Shown here in pieces: positions 10,265-20,838 of a stretch of DNA of 44,166 nucleotides. This DNA is from Treponema sp. Lineage in GTDB: Bacteria; Spirochaetota; Spirochaetia; Treponematales; Breznakiellaceae. The notes beneath the pieces were generated by a model that was given only the letters and a program-made list of their open reading frames with translations, ran no database searches and was not told the DNA's origin. The number at the start of each line of letters is the position of its first letter. The first letter of the stretch is position 1. Where the stretch lies: assembly GCA_009784995.1 (NCBI GenBank), contig WQXE01000001.1, positions 1 through 44,166 of the forward strand. The letters run 5' to 3'. The position numbers and the translations under genes are program-made.

Positions 10265-10409
10265 AAAAGTCCTTTAGTGACTACACCATTAATGATATTT
10301 TGATTATATGTTAATTACCAAAAAGAATATAGATTTATTAACAGTTTTCTCCTATAATGTAATAATATATTAAATAAATGTATAGTTTTTATTTATTATG
10401 GGATAAGTT

Positions 10410-12869
10410 ATGAAAAATATGAAGAAAATTAAGAATATAGTCCCATTTCTGATAAGAATAAATGTAATATTAATAGTTTTTGCCGTTTTTTTGATACTTT
10501 TAAGCTGCGAAGATAAATCAAATGTACCCTTTTCAGTTATAGAAGAATCGGAAAACATGATGAATACGGAATCCCGGCGTATGTGGTATTTTATCGGAAT
10601 TTCCATGACGTTAATTGTCCTTTTCCTTTTGTTATTTCTATTTTACAAAAATATTAACGAGGGAAAAAGGCTTGAAAAACTTGTTGTAGATCGAACGGAA
10701 AAAATGCACGAAGCTAATCTGCAAAATGAACTGCAGATCGCTAAATTAAAACTCGCGGTCCACGCTACAAAAATAGGTTTATGGGATATGGAAATTGTGC
10801 GCGACGATCCTGTAAACCCGAATAATGTTTTTAACTGGTCGGATGAATTCAGATATATGCTCGGATATTTTAGCGAAGAAGATTTCCCGAATCTTTTACA
10901 CAGCTGGAGTGATTTACTTCATCCAGAAGATAAAAAAAGAACCCTTGAATCTTTTAAAAATCATATAATGGATTTAACAGGCAAAACTCCTTACGATCTT
11001 GAATATAGACTGCTTCGCAAAAGCGGCGAATACGCGTACTATCACGCTTCGGGAGAAACAATCCGCGACAAAGACGGCAACGCCATCCGTGTAGCCGGGT
11101 CTCTTATAGACATTACAGAAACCAAAAATATTTTATTTTATAAAGACAGGCAAAGGATAGAAGCGGAAGCCGCGAATAAAACTAAGTCCAACTTCCTTGC
11201 CAACATGAGCCATGAAATAAGAACACCCATGAACAGTATAATCGGGTTTTCGGAGCTGGCTCAATTTGATGAAATACCGGAAAAAACAAGAGAATATTTA
11301 GGTAACATTCAGGAAAACGCGAAATGGCTTTTAAATATTATCGACGATATTTTAGACATATCAAAAATTGAATCAGGTAAAATTATGCTTGAACATATTC
11401 CATTTGACTTGTCCGATATATTCACGCGCTGCCAGTCGGCGATTTCTCCCAGGGCGGAAGAAAAAGGAATTACTCTTTATTGTTACGCGGAACCTTCCAT
11501 CGGAAAAAAACTTTTAGGCGATCCTGTTAGACTTCGTCAGGCGCTTATGAATCTTCTTTCCAACGCTGTAAAATTTACAAATACCGGAACTGTCAAACTG
11601 ATGGCGTCATTCAAAGAAGCAAGCGAAACAAGCGTGTCGATACAATTTGAGATAAAAGATTCCGGTATCGGCATGAACCAGGAACAAATCGAAAAAATAT
11701 TTAATCCGTTTGTACAGGCGGACGAAAGCATAACCCGCAAATTCGGCGGAACAGGTCTTGGTCTTTCCATTACAAAAAATATTATCGATCTTATGGGAGG
11801 AAACCTTACTGTAGAAAGCGCCAGCGGAATAGGCAGCAAGTTCAGCTTTGAAATTAAATTTGATTTAATCGACGATGCGGACGTTATATCATTACATAAT
11901 AGCGATATTAATATTCTGGAAAAACCGAATTTTACCGGAGAGGTTTTAATCTGCGAGGACAATATTTTAAACCAGCAGGTTATCTGCGATCATCTGGAAA
12001 GAGTGGGACTAAAAACGATAATAGCAAATAACGGTAAAGAAGGTGTAGATCTTGTAGCGCAAAAACTTGTAAACAATGAAAAACCGTTTGATTTAATTTT
12101 TATGGATATACATATGCCCGTAATGGACGGGCTTGACGCCGCGTCAAAAATGTCCGATTTGGGAATAAAAACGCCGATTGTCGCGTTAACGGCGAATGTT
12201 ATGTCCAATAAACTGGAACTATATAAAGATAATGGAATGTCTGACTGCCTCGCGAAGCCGTTTTCATCTCAGGAATTATGGAAATGCCTTGTAAAATTTA
12301 TTTCTGTCGAAAGTTATTCATCCATAGATAAACACATTCTTTCCGCGGAAGAAGAAAAAACACAGCAAAAACTGCGGATTAATTTTGTAAAAGAAAATCA
12401 GGAAACTTATAACAAAATAAAAGAAGCGATAACAAACTTGGATATAAAACTGGCGCACAGAATCGCGCATACATTAAAAAGCACAGCCGGGCAAATCGGC
12501 AAAAAACAGCTTCAAGCGGCGGCGGCGGCTGTAGAATTAAAACTTTCGCGGGGAAATAATCAGGTTAGTAAAGAACAAATGAAAACCCTTAAAGCGGAAT
12601 TAAAAATAGCGCTGGACGATCTAACACCCTTATTAAAAAAAGAAAACAAAAAAGAAATAAGCAAAATATCAGACTTAAATATAATACTGGAAATTCTGGA
12701 AAAACTGGAACCTTTAATATATAATAATGACACAGAGTGTTTAAATTTTTTGGACGAAATTTATTCCATACCGGGCGCTGATGAACTGGCGCGGCACATA
12801 GAGGATTATAATTTTAAACACGCGCACACAGCGCTTCAAAATCTAAAAAAGGAATTTGATCATGAATAA
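10410..12869 (+). CDS. Hybrid histidine kinase (signal/TM-PAS-HisKA-HATPase-REC-Hpt)
   Basis: PAS (IGLWD...WSDLLHPED...EYRL...IRDKDGNAIRVAGSLIDIT), [44 protein letters not shown]. Confidence 0.93.
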   Translation: MKNMKKIKNIVPFLIRINVILIVFAVFLILLSCEDKSNVPFSVIEESENMMNTESRRMWYFIGISMTLIVLFLLLFLFYKNINEGKRLEKLVVDRTEKMHEANLQNELQIAKLKLAVHATKIGLWDMEIVRDDPVNPNNVFNWSDEFRYMLGYFSEEDFPNLLHSWSDLLHPEDKKRTLESFKNHIMDLTGKTPYDLEYRLLRKSGEYAYYHASGETIRDKDGNAIRVAGSLIDITETKNILFYKDRQRIEAEAANKTKSNFLANMSHEIRTPMNSIIGFSELAQFDEIPEKTREYLGNIQENAKWLLNIIDDILDISKIESGKIMLEHIPFDLSDIFTRCQSAISPRAEEKGITLYCYAEPSIGKKLLGDPVRLRQALMNLLSNAVKFTNTGTVKLMASFKEASETSVSIQFEIKDSGIGMNQEQIEKIFNPFVQADESITRKFGGTGLGLSITKNIIDLMGGNLTVESASGIGSKFSFEIKFDLIDDADVISLHNSDINILEKPNFTGEVLICEDNILNQQVICDHLERVGLKTIIANNGKEGVDLVAQKLVNNEKPFDLIFMDIHMPVMDGLDAASKMSDLGIKTPIVALTANVMSNKLELYKDNGMSDCLAKPFSSQELWKCLVKFISVESYSSIDKHILSAEEEKTQQKLRINFVKENQETYNKIKEAITNLDIKLAHRIAHTLKSTAGQIGKKQLQAAAAAVELKLSRGNNQVSKEQMKTLKAELKIALDDLTPLLKKENKKEISKISDLNIILEILEKLEPLIYNNDTECLNFLDEIYSIPGADELARHIEDYNFKHAHTALQNLKKEFDHE

Positions 12870-14517
12870 GAATAAAAAAAACAGCGTTCTTATTATTGAT
12901 GATGAAAAATCAAATATAATCGCGCTTACAAATATTTTGAACACGGATTACGCGGTTTACGCGATAAGAGACAGCCGTGAAGCGATTGAAGCGGCGGAAA
13001 AAGACAAACCCGATGTAATACTTTTAGACATACTAATGCCGGAAATGGACGGTTACGCGGTAATAGAGGGATTAAAAAATTCCGAAAAAACACGCGACAT
13101 ACCGGTAATTTTTATAACAGGTCTTGATTCAAGCGAATCCGAAGAAAAAGGGCTCGCGTTGGGAGCCGCGGACTATATAACAAAACCATTTAGAACTTCT
13201 GTTGTAAAACTTAGGGTTCAAAACCAGATTAAATTAATCGAACGGCTTCGCCAGCAGACATTGATGACAAAAATATCACAAAACTTTTTATCTGACACTC
13301 ATATAGAAATATTGTCTACAGACACCCTGCGAATGGTAGGCGAGTTTATGGACATAGCGCAGCTTTTACTTTACATGAATGATACCGAAAGCAATAGGCT
13401 TATATGCCAAAATGAATGGATAAACCCAAAGCTTAATTTGGAAACACGCATCGGCGGCAAATTTGATCTTAGCGAACCTATGTTAAATGTTATTAACGGC
13501 TTGCTCGCGAGCGGAAACTCCAGCATTCATTCAAACGATCCAACCTACAAAGAAGTAATGAAACCATACCGCAAAAATTTCCATAATTACATAACAACTC
13601 CAATTTTTATTAAAGGCGCGTTGTTCGCGGTACTGGATTTCTCAAGGGAAGATGACGGACGCGAATGGAATAAAAGCGAAATAAATCTCGCGGAATTAGT
13701 TTCCAGCGTTTTCGCGGGTGTTTTTAAACGTAACGCCATTGAGCATGATTTAAATGTCGTGTTAAAACTTAAAGCCGATCTTATAACCGCGAAAGAAAGA
13801 GCCGAACACCTAAGCCGCGCCAAAAGCGAATTCTTAGCCAGAATGAGCCACGAAATGCGCACTCCCATGAACGGCATAATAGGCATAATGGAATTAATCA
13901 AACTTGGAAATATCCCGGAAGATATGAGCGGATATATAAAAATTATCGAAAAAGCCTCCAACGATTTACTGCATCTTATAAATGATGTCCTTGATATATC
14001 AAGTATGGAATACGGCGTATTAAAACTTACCAATTCAGTTTTTAATACTGAAGCGATGTTTAAAGAAATTATAGAAACCACATGTTACAACGCTTCCAAA
14101 AAGCAGCAAACTGTTAAATCCAAACTTGATCCTACAATACCGGTTTCGCTAAAGGGTGATGAAAAACGCTTAAAACAGGTTATAACAAACCTGCTGGCAA
14201 ACGCGATTAAATTTACCCCAGACGAAGGTGAAATTTATTTTGAATCGCGGGTAATAAATATTGATAACGAAACTGTAACATTACAATTCAATGTTACAGA
14301 CAACGGCATAGGAATCGCGAAAGAACAGCAGGATAAACTCTTTTTAATTTTTGAGCAAATAGACGGCGGTTTATCCAGAGAACACGGCGGTATAGGACTA
14401 GGTCTCGCGCTTTCAAAAAGAATTGTCGAAATGATGGACGGAAAAATCTGGGTTGAATCCGATATTAATAAAGGCGCCGCGTTTAATTTTACCTGTAAAC
14501 TGCGAATAACCGATTAA
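12862..14517 (+). CDS. Hybrid kinase REC-GAF-HisKA-HATPase (cytoplasmic)
   Basis: N-terminal receiver (LIIDDE, LLDILMPEMDG, DYITKPF), GAF-like middle, FLARMSHEMRTPMN, NLLANAIKFT, GGIGLGL. ATG 12862 follows AAGGA and overlaps the upstream stop. Confidence 0.9.
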   Translation: MNKNKKNSVLIIDDEKSNIIALTNILNTDYAVYAIRDSREAIEAAEKDKPDVILLDILMPEMDGYAVIEGLKNSEKTRDIPVIFITGLDSSESEEKGLALGAADYITKPFRTSVVKLRVQNQIKLIERLRQQTLMTKISQNFLSDTHIEILSTDTLRMVGEFMDIAQLLLYMNDTESNRLICQNEWINPKLNLETRIGGKFDLSEPMLNVINGLLASGNSSIHSNDPTYKEVMKPYRKNFHNYITTPIFIKGALFAVLDFSREDDGREWNKSEINLAELVSSVFAGVFKRNAIEHDLNVVLKLKADLITAKERAEHLSRAKSEFLARMSHEMRTPMNGIIGIMELIKLGNIPEDMSGYIKIIEKASNDLLHLINDVLDISSMEYGVLKLTNSVFNTEAMFKEIIETTCYNASKKQQTVKSKLDPTIPVSLKGDEKRLKQVITNLLANAIKFTPDEGEIYFESRVINIDNETVTLQFNVTDNGIGIAKEQQDKLFLIFEQIDGGLSREHGGIGLGLALSKRIVEMMDGKIWVESDINKGAAFNFTCKLRITD

Positions 14518-14527
14518 AGATTTTTAT

Positions 14528-17500
14528 TTAACCCGCGATTTCCCCGGCTTTTTGTGTTATAGAAATAATCTTTTTATAATCTCCCCGCAGAAGGTTAACA
14601 GAAATTTCTTCTATTATATTTTTTATTTCAGAAGACCAAACCTTTTGTTCCAAATCGGCTAACGCTTCTTTAACAGCGTTTTTATTGTATTTTTCGCTCG
14701 CGTCTTTTATTTCGTTCATTCTTTTTCGAAATAAATCTATATCGGAAGCTGAAACTTCTGATACGCTGTCCGTCTTTTGTATTTTAAATTTTTCTATTAT
14801 AGATAAAAGCGCGCTAACTAAAGCGGGTGTTTCATTAACCATTGTGTCAAAATCGCCGGTTTGAGCGGCTTTTTCCAGCTTCAGCGCGAGATCGGAATGT
14901 GTACTTTCTTTAACATTCGCGAGAGCGTTTTTTATTCCATGTACGGCGATAATATAAGATTCCAGTTCCTCGTCATTTAAACTATTTAATTTATCTTTAA
15001 ATGAATCCAGTATACTTAGTGTATTTTGAGCGTCAAGAACAAAAAACCGCTTTAATCTAACCTCCGCGTCATCTTCTTGTTCTATATTATTATCCATTTC
15101 TGTATTTACCTTTTTTGAGTTTTTATTTCGTAAAAATTGTGTCAACAAGAGATCTAATTCGCGCGAATCAACCGGTTTCGCCAAAAAGCCGTCAAAACCA
15201 TTATCCAAAAACTTTTGTTCCTGGCCGCTTAAGACATTCGCGGTTAAAGCGACGATCGGACGGATATAACCCAATTGACGAATTATTTTTACAGCTTCAA
15301 TGCCGTTCATTTTAGGCATCATATGATCCATAAAAATTATGTCGTAATTGCCTTCGTCTTTAATTTTTTCGATTGCTTCAATTCCGCTTTTGGCGGTTTC
15401 AATTTTAAAACCATAAGGAAGCAATAATCCTTTGGCGACATACAGATTAGATTCAATATCATCAACAACCAATACTTTGTTGTTGGAAAGATATTCTTCG
15501 ATAACCTGCTCGTTCATAATATGTTTTGTGCTTTGGAAAGTAAAGTTTTTTAAACTTTCGACGATTTCGGCGCCGCAAAGTTCGCTGCCGTGTATACTCT
15601 GCGGCAGGTGTACTGTAAACACAGATCCCTTGCCGACTTCGCTTTCTACAAATATCTCTCCGTCCAGTAATTCAACAAGGCGTTTTGTAATGCTCATGCC
15701 AAGACCTGTGCCGGGAATATAATTATTTGTATCCAAGTTAAAACGCTCATATTCGCTAAAAAGCCTTTTAAGCTGCTCTTTATTCATACCCTGTCCCGTA
15801 TCACTTACCTTAAAAATAAGCGTAAGCGACTGCCTGTTCTCGCCGGGTTCAAAAGAAAAGGACAGCGTAACTTTGCCTGATTCTGTGTATTTAAACGCGT
15901 TGGATAAAAGGTTATTTAGTATTTGTTTTATACGAAGTTCATCGCCGATAAGCTCAAGTGGTAATTTTTCATCTATCTGTAAAATAAATTCGATTGGTTT
16001 GCTTTCATAACGGAAACGGTTTAACTGCACAGTGTTATTAATAAAGATCGAAATATCATACTGCTTTTGAATTATTTCCAGTTTACCCGCCTCGATTTTT
16101 GAGAAGTCAAGAATGTCGTTAATAATATTTAAAAGAAGGCTGCCGGATTCATATATTTTTCTAAAACCTTCATCAGCGTTGGCGCCCGCGAATGTGTCTG
16201 TCGAAAATTCTTTTTTCTGTAAAAAGATTTCTGATATGCCGAGTATCGCGTTCATCGGCGTGCGTATTTCATGGCTCATTTGCGCGAGGAAAGTACTTTT
16301 CGCGCGGTTACTTTGCTCGGCGAGTTTTTTGGCGGCGACAAGCTCTGTAATGTTAATAACGTGCTGCAAATGAACTTTTCTGCCGTCATACCAGTTGATA
16401 TAACAATCAGAATGAAGAACAGTTATGTCGCTTACCTGATCATATTCTTCCCAAACAACAATATTATTCGGGTCTTTATCCAATTGATGACACGGGCAAA
16501 AATCGCATTTTCTGTCATAATCCCTTCGGAAAACTTTATAACAATATTGCCCGACAACATCACCTTCGATGTTTAAAAACATTTTAAGGAAGTTATTGGC
16601 GAAAAGTATTTCGCCTGTATCAGGGACTGTTACATAAATACCGGCTTGAATACTGTTTAATATATTTTCAAGAGCGACAAGCGTATTATTTTTTAAAACT
16701 GTAGCTTCATACATTTTATTCAACGCGGCTTCCAGCATAACTTTATCTTCCTGATTTTTTATAATCAGCTGGTTACGAATTACCGCGTTGGCGCACATAA
16801 AAGCGACAGAACGCATAATGTCGGAACTGTTTTCGTCAAAATAACGTTCTTTTTGCCGGTCCTCAAAAAGCACAAACCCCCAAAAAGAATTATCAATTGA
16901 TATAGGCGTGACAAATAACGAAAAAACTCCGAACGCTTCCAGCATCGCGGCTTCGGGAAGAAGTTTCGCGGGAGAGTTAATCGTTTCGCCGTTTGCCAAA
17001 AGCGGCTCCCATCTTGGCGCGAAATCTTTAGATAATATATCGATAAGTCCCGGTGTCGGCTCTGTGGTACCGCCTGACAATCTGTCCCAGCGGAAAATTT
17101 GGGATGTGTGCAAGCCATCATCCATTCTAAAATTTTGCCAAACAGAAAGCCTGTCCAAACCCAATTCGTCAATAATATGTTTTAACCCCGATGTCATAAT
17201 TTCTTCAAATGATTTATTGTGCTGCGCCATAAAATCAATCGCGGTTTTGCTTAAAACTTCCAGTAATCTTTCGCGGTGTTTAATCGCGTCCATCATTTTT
17301 TCTTTTTCTACCAGTTCATTTTTATATAACTGCTGTGTCAGTTTATTTTTTCCAAGTAACATTGAAAGCGCGATAATAAGCCCCAAAAGTATAATACTGG
17401 AAACAGCCATAATCACGGCGAACAAATTCGCGTAATACGAACTTTGAATATCCATTAATCTGTTATAATTAAAAACACGGTTTTGCCAATCATGGTTAAT

Positions 17501-19078
17501 TTTATCAACTTGCAGCAATTTGAGCGATTTATCAACAATGGAAAGAAGTATTGTTTCATTTTTGTTAAAACCAAATTTTGTTTCGATATGCTGATCAAAA
17601 ACCATATTCACTTTAAAATCAAAAAGTTCCTGATAATGAGACAAATACAAAATACGTCTTTGAGTAGACATAACAAGATCAACTTCTCCGCGCTGTAACG
17701 CGTTAAAAGCCTGGTCAATATTGTCATATTCAAAAGTATTCCTGTGATTGGGAAACCATTGATTAAACATGGCTGTAAATGATGTACCGCGGGCTACACC
17801 GATTTTTTGATATGGAATTTCATTGAGTGTAACATTGTGGTAATCCAGCCGCGATATAAACGCGTAATGATCTTCCAATATAACAATATCAGACCAAATA
17901 AAATAATTTTCTCTCTCTTTGGTTTGCGCGACTTCAGGCGCGAAAGCCGCTTCCCCTTTTATTAGCATTTCATTAATTTCGGGCCAATTTGTATTTTCCG
18001 CGTGAACAACTTCAAATGATAAACCGGTAAACATGGAAATTTCATCAAGTAAATCAAAAAATATTCCCTGCCATTGTCTGTGATGTCTGTTATAAAAACT
18101 TAAAGGATAATTAGTGCTGTTAGCCGCGATTGGCACGCTTAAACCGCGGGAAGTAAGATTATTAATGTAAGCGCGCTCTTCGTCGTTAAGACGCGTGCGC
18201 AATTTATACGTAAGGTATTCATTATACCCTTGTTTATATAAATTACTTAAATGAGAGGTAGCGCCGCTTCGCTGAAGCTTTGTAAAAGCGGAAATAATCG
18301 GAGCCAAATCCCTGTTTGCTGTCGCCATAGAAACAGGATTAAAAATTAACGGATAAAAATCTTCTATAATAATATTATTATATTCAAGCGCGAATATTTC
18401 CGCGTTACTAGACGCGATAAAAGCGTCCGCTTCTCCATTCGCGAGCGCGAGGTAAGCTTCGGGAAAACCGTTAACCCAAACAGGCACATAAGAACCCGGC
18501 TGCGTTACAGACGCTACAACAGCTTCTACAGGAGTGCCAATAAAAGCGTATCTTAAAGGACGTTCCTGCGAAATTTGATTTAAAGCGGGGCTTCCTTCAA
18601 GCCTGAATATAACATACAACCTGTTCGCTATTGTGTCGGTCATAAGATATCGTTGCAGGCGTTCAGGAGTAGCCATAAAAATACCGTTAAAATCAACTTG
18701 ATAAGTATCTGTTTTTTCCAGCAGAACATTCATCTGATGAACTTCTACATTAAACTCAATACCAAAAAGCTCAGAAAGCCATTGGCATAACAAAACAGAG
18801 TAACCGCCAATCTGTCCGTTATTTTTTACAAACGCTTCAGTTGAAGGAATCATCCCGTAGGTAAACGATTTTCCGTTTTTTGTATATTCGTTTCGCAGCG
18901 CTTCTATCGCTTCAATTTCTTCGGGTGTAATCCCCGGGATTTGATGAAATGTTTTTACAGAAGTAACATCAAATATTTCCGGCTGCTGCAGCGTTGGCAT
19001 TATCGGACAGGAAATATATACAAAAACAACGCATACTAAAAATAACGCGAATGTTATTCGTATATAGATAGCGTTCAT
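14528..19078 (-). CDS. Large hybrid histidine kinase: two periplasmic substrate-binding (family 3) domains-TM-GAF-PAS-HisKA-HATPase-REC-Hpt
   Basis: Two SBP-like repeats (YLALANGEADAF; FNALQRGEVDLV), [52 protein letters not shown] 19078 overlaps the upstream TGA (ATGA coupling). Confidence 0.92.
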   Translation of the reverse strand: MNAIYIRITFALFLVCVVFVYISCPIMPTLQQPEIFDVTSVKTFHQIPGITPEEIEAIEALRNEYTKNGKSFTYGMIPSTEAFVKNNGQIGGYSVLLCQWLSELFGIEFNVEVHQMNVLLEKTDTYQVDFNGIFMATPERLQRYLMTDTIANRLYVIFRLEGSPALNQISQERPLRYAFIGTPVEAVVASVTQPGSYVPVWVNGFPEAYLALANGEADAFIASSNAEIFALEYNNIIIEDFYPLIFNPVSMATANRDLAPIISAFTKLQRSGATSHLSNLYKQGYNEYLTYKLRTRLNDEERAYINNLTSRGLSVPIAANSTNYPLSFYNRHHRQWQGIFFDLLDEISMFTGLSFEVVHAENTNWPEINEMLIKGEAAFAPEVAQTKERENYFIWSDIVILEDHYAFISRLDYHNVTLNEIPYQKIGVARGTSFTAMFNQWFPNHRNTFEYDNIDQAFNALQRGEVDLVMSTQRRILYLSHYQELFDFKVNMVFDQHIETKFGFNKNETILLSIVDKSLKLLQVDKINHDWQNRVFNYNRLMDIQSSYYANLFAVIMAVSSIILLGLIIALSMLLGKNKLTQQLYKNELVEKEKMMDAIKHRERLLEVLSKTAIDFMAQHNKSFEEIMTSGLKHIIDELGLDRLSVWQNFRMDDGLHTSQIFRWDRLSGGTTEPTPGLIDILSKDFAPRWEPLLANGETINSPAKLLPEAAMLEAFGVFSLFVTPISIDNSFWGFVLFEDRQKERYFDENSSDIMRSVAFMCANAVIRNQLIIKNQEDKVMLEAALNKMYEATVLKNNTLVALENILNSIQAGIYVTVPDTGEILFANNFLKMFLNIEGDVVGQYCYKVFRRDYDRKCDFCPCHQLDKDPNNIVVWEEYDQVSDITVLHSDCYINWYDGRKVHLQHVINITELVAAKKLAEQSNRAKSTFLAQMSHEIRTPMNAILGISEIFLQKKEFSTDTFAGANADEGFRKIYESGSLLLNIINDILDFSKIEAGKLEIIQKQYDISIFINNTVQLNRFRYESKPIEFILQIDEKLPLELIGDELRIKQILNNLLSNAFKYTESGKVTLSFSFEPGENRQSLTLIFKVSDTGQGMNKEQLKRLFSEYERFNLDTNNYIPGTGLGMSITKRLVELLDGEIFVESEVGKGSVFTVHLPQSIHGSELCGAEIVESLKNFTFQSTKHIMNEQVIEEYLSNNKVLVVDDIESNLYVAKGLLLPYGFKIETAKSGIEAIEKIKDEGNYDIIFMDHMMPKMNGIEAVKIIRQLGYIRPIVALTANVLSGQEQKFLDNGFDGFLAKPVDSRELDLLLTQFLRNKNSKKVNTEMDNNIEQEDDAEVRLKRFFVLDAQNTLSILDSFKDKLNSLNDEELESYIIAVHGIKNALANVKESTHSDLALKLEKAAQTGDFDTMVNETPALVSALLSIIEKFKIQKTDSVSEVSASDIDLFRKRMNEIKDASEKYNKNAVKEALADLEQKVWSSEIKNIIEEISVNLLRGDYKKIISITQKAGEIAG

Positions 19079-20112
19079 TCCGTTACCACTTCGACAAATT
19101 CTTTTTCGCATTTTAAAAACAGGTTTACAAGCGTAGGATCAAAATGCGTGCCGCTAGATTCGCTTATAATTTTTACCGCGGCTTCATGAGAAAACGCTTC
19201 CTTGTACGGACGCACGGAAACCAAAGCGTCGTAAACATCGGCTATCGCCATGATGCGCCCTTGCAGCGGTATATCCGTGCCTTTTAACGCGCGAGGATAA
19301 CCTGTGCCGTCCCACCTTTCATGATGAGAGCCAGCGAAAAATTTGGCGCACTGTAAAAAGTATCCGTCGCCTGAATCGGCGATAATACTGTCGATAATAT
19401 TTTCACCTTCAGACGCGTGGATTTTCATTTGCTCATATTCATCGGATGTAAGTTTTCCGGGTTTATTTAAAATAATATCCGATATAACAATCTTGCCGAT
19501 GTCATGCAGCCTTGCTGATGAAGCTACAAGCTCAAGATTCCATTCGCATATTTCATCGGTATATACGCCGTTTTCGAGCATTGTGTATAATAATATTTTT
19601 ATATATTTTGTCGTTCGCTCAATATGATGACCTGTAAGTTTATCGCGGTTTTCTACCATATTTGCCAAAACCGACGCCATAGAATTTTGCAGTCTTAAAA
19701 GTTTATCGGTACGGTAACGCAGCATCAGGTTTCGTTCATGAATAATATCTTCTACATTTAAATGCGTTTTTATACGGTTATAAAGAACGGCTTCGGAAAA
19801 TGGTTTGGTAATAAAATCCACAACCCCCATTTCAAAACCGCGCACTTCTGTTTCGGCGTCGTTTTTACTGGTTAAAAATATAACGGGTATACTGGAGTAT
19901 TTTTTATCGGCTTTTAAATACTGTAACGCCTCAAACCCGTCGATTTCAGGCATTAAAACGTCCAATAATATTAAATCGGGCATGATTTTATCAAGAAGTT
20001 CATACATCAAAGAAGCTGATGAAAAGGTGTATACGGTATAAATGTCCGATAACGCTTTTTCGGCTTTTATAAGATTTACATGGTTATCGTCTACGGCGAA
20101 AATAGTTTTCAT
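19075..20112 (-). CDS. REC-HD-GYP cyclic-di-GMP phosphodiesterase (RpfG-like)
   Basis: Receiver plus TGHHIER...LHDIGK...HHERWDGTGYP...IADVYDAL...RPYK...HFDP. Confidence 0.93.
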   Translation of the reverse strand: MKTIFAVDDNHVNLIKAEKALSDIYTVYTFSSASLMYELLDKIMPDLILLDVLMPEIDGFEALQYLKADKKYSSIPVIFLTSKNDAETEVRGFEMGVVDFITKPFSEAVLYNRIKTHLNVEDIIHERNLMLRYRTDKLLRLQNSMASVLANMVENRDKLTGHHIERTTKYIKILLYTMLENGVYTDEICEWNLELVASSARLHDIGKIVISDIILNKPGKLTSDEYEQMKIHASEGENIIDSIIADSGDGYFLQCAKFFAGSHHERWDGTGYPRALKGTDIPLQGRIMAIADVYDALVSVRPYKEAFSHEAAVKIISESSGTHFDPTLVNLFLKCEKEFVEVVTE

Positions 20113-20198
20113 TTAATAAAATACCCTTATTTAAGAAGCCCGCTTTTCATTCCATTGTAGATTATAACAGAATTTGAGTAATATTACAATAATTTATA

Positions 20199-20234
20199 CA
20201 AAAAAAGCGCCCTGTCACAATGACAGAGCGCTTT
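20199..20234 (-). terminator. Rho-independent terminator
   Basis: Minus strand AAAGCGCTCTGTCA-TTG-TGACAGGGCGCTTT running into a T-tract, just downstream of the 20270 stop. Confidence 0.8.
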
Positions 20235-20269
20235 ACTCTAGTAACGCGGTTTTAACCAGCGGTTCCTGT

Positions 20270-20770
20270 TCAGTCGCAGCCGCAATTACATTTAATCCCG
20301 CCGGGAGCGTTTCTCCTGCTTGGACTAAAGTTGCCGCGAGCTTCACTATTCGGTCTAGTATTTTCCCGACGCTGGGTAAAATTTTGCTGTTCAAGCATTC
20401 GCATTCGGTTATTGAACTCGTATGTTCTGCTGTTAATCGTTACTTTTACGGGCTGAATGAAATTTCTGAATCCAAAGCCTTCGATTGATACTCTGGCTCC
20501 TTCCCTTAAATCAGAAATAAACCCAATGTAACGGGTTAACATGGGAACAGTATAGGTGACATTACCGCTTTCTATCGCTATAAATCCTCTTTCCAGTTTT
20601 AATATTCCGTCAACTGTTATTGGATTAATTTGACGCGCTCTGGTTTGACCTTCCTGTATTTCGCTTCTTTGGGGTCGATTTTCCCTATTTTGTCTATTTC
20701 CCCTTTCCTGAGCGAATAAACTTCCTGTTAATAAAACAGCGATAAACATAATTAAGAATAATTTTTTCAC
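20270..20770 (-). CDS. Secreted hypothetical protein
   Basis: GTG start after GGAGG, signal peptide KKLFLIMFIAVLLTGSLFA-Q, small beta-rich core flanked by R/N/Q-rich tails. Confidence 0.75.
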   Translation of the reverse strand: MKKLFLIMFIAVLLTGSLFAQERGNRQNRENRPQRSEIQEGQTRARQINPITVDGILKLERGFIAIESGNVTYTVPMLTRYIGFISDLREGARVSIEGFGFRNFIQPVKVTINSRTYEFNNRMRMLEQQNFTQRRENTRPNSEARGNFSPSRRNAPGGIKCNCGCD

Positions 20771-20838
20771 AACAACCTCCGTTTGAATTGTATCTGCATA
20801 TATAACCAAAAATTTATGGATGTGTTACAATAATTACA

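Noticed and set aside
1899..19627. Similar-looking antisense ORFs inside the kinases (e.g. 2619-2873, 5258-5515, 11537-11962, 13587-14081, 16908-17435)
   Set aside because: They are shadows of paralogous sense-strand genes. Their mutual similarity follows from the kinase duplication, and they have no SD or motifs.
20174..20488. 104-aa plus-strand ORF
   Set aside because: Runs through a terminator and antisense to the secreted-protein gene.
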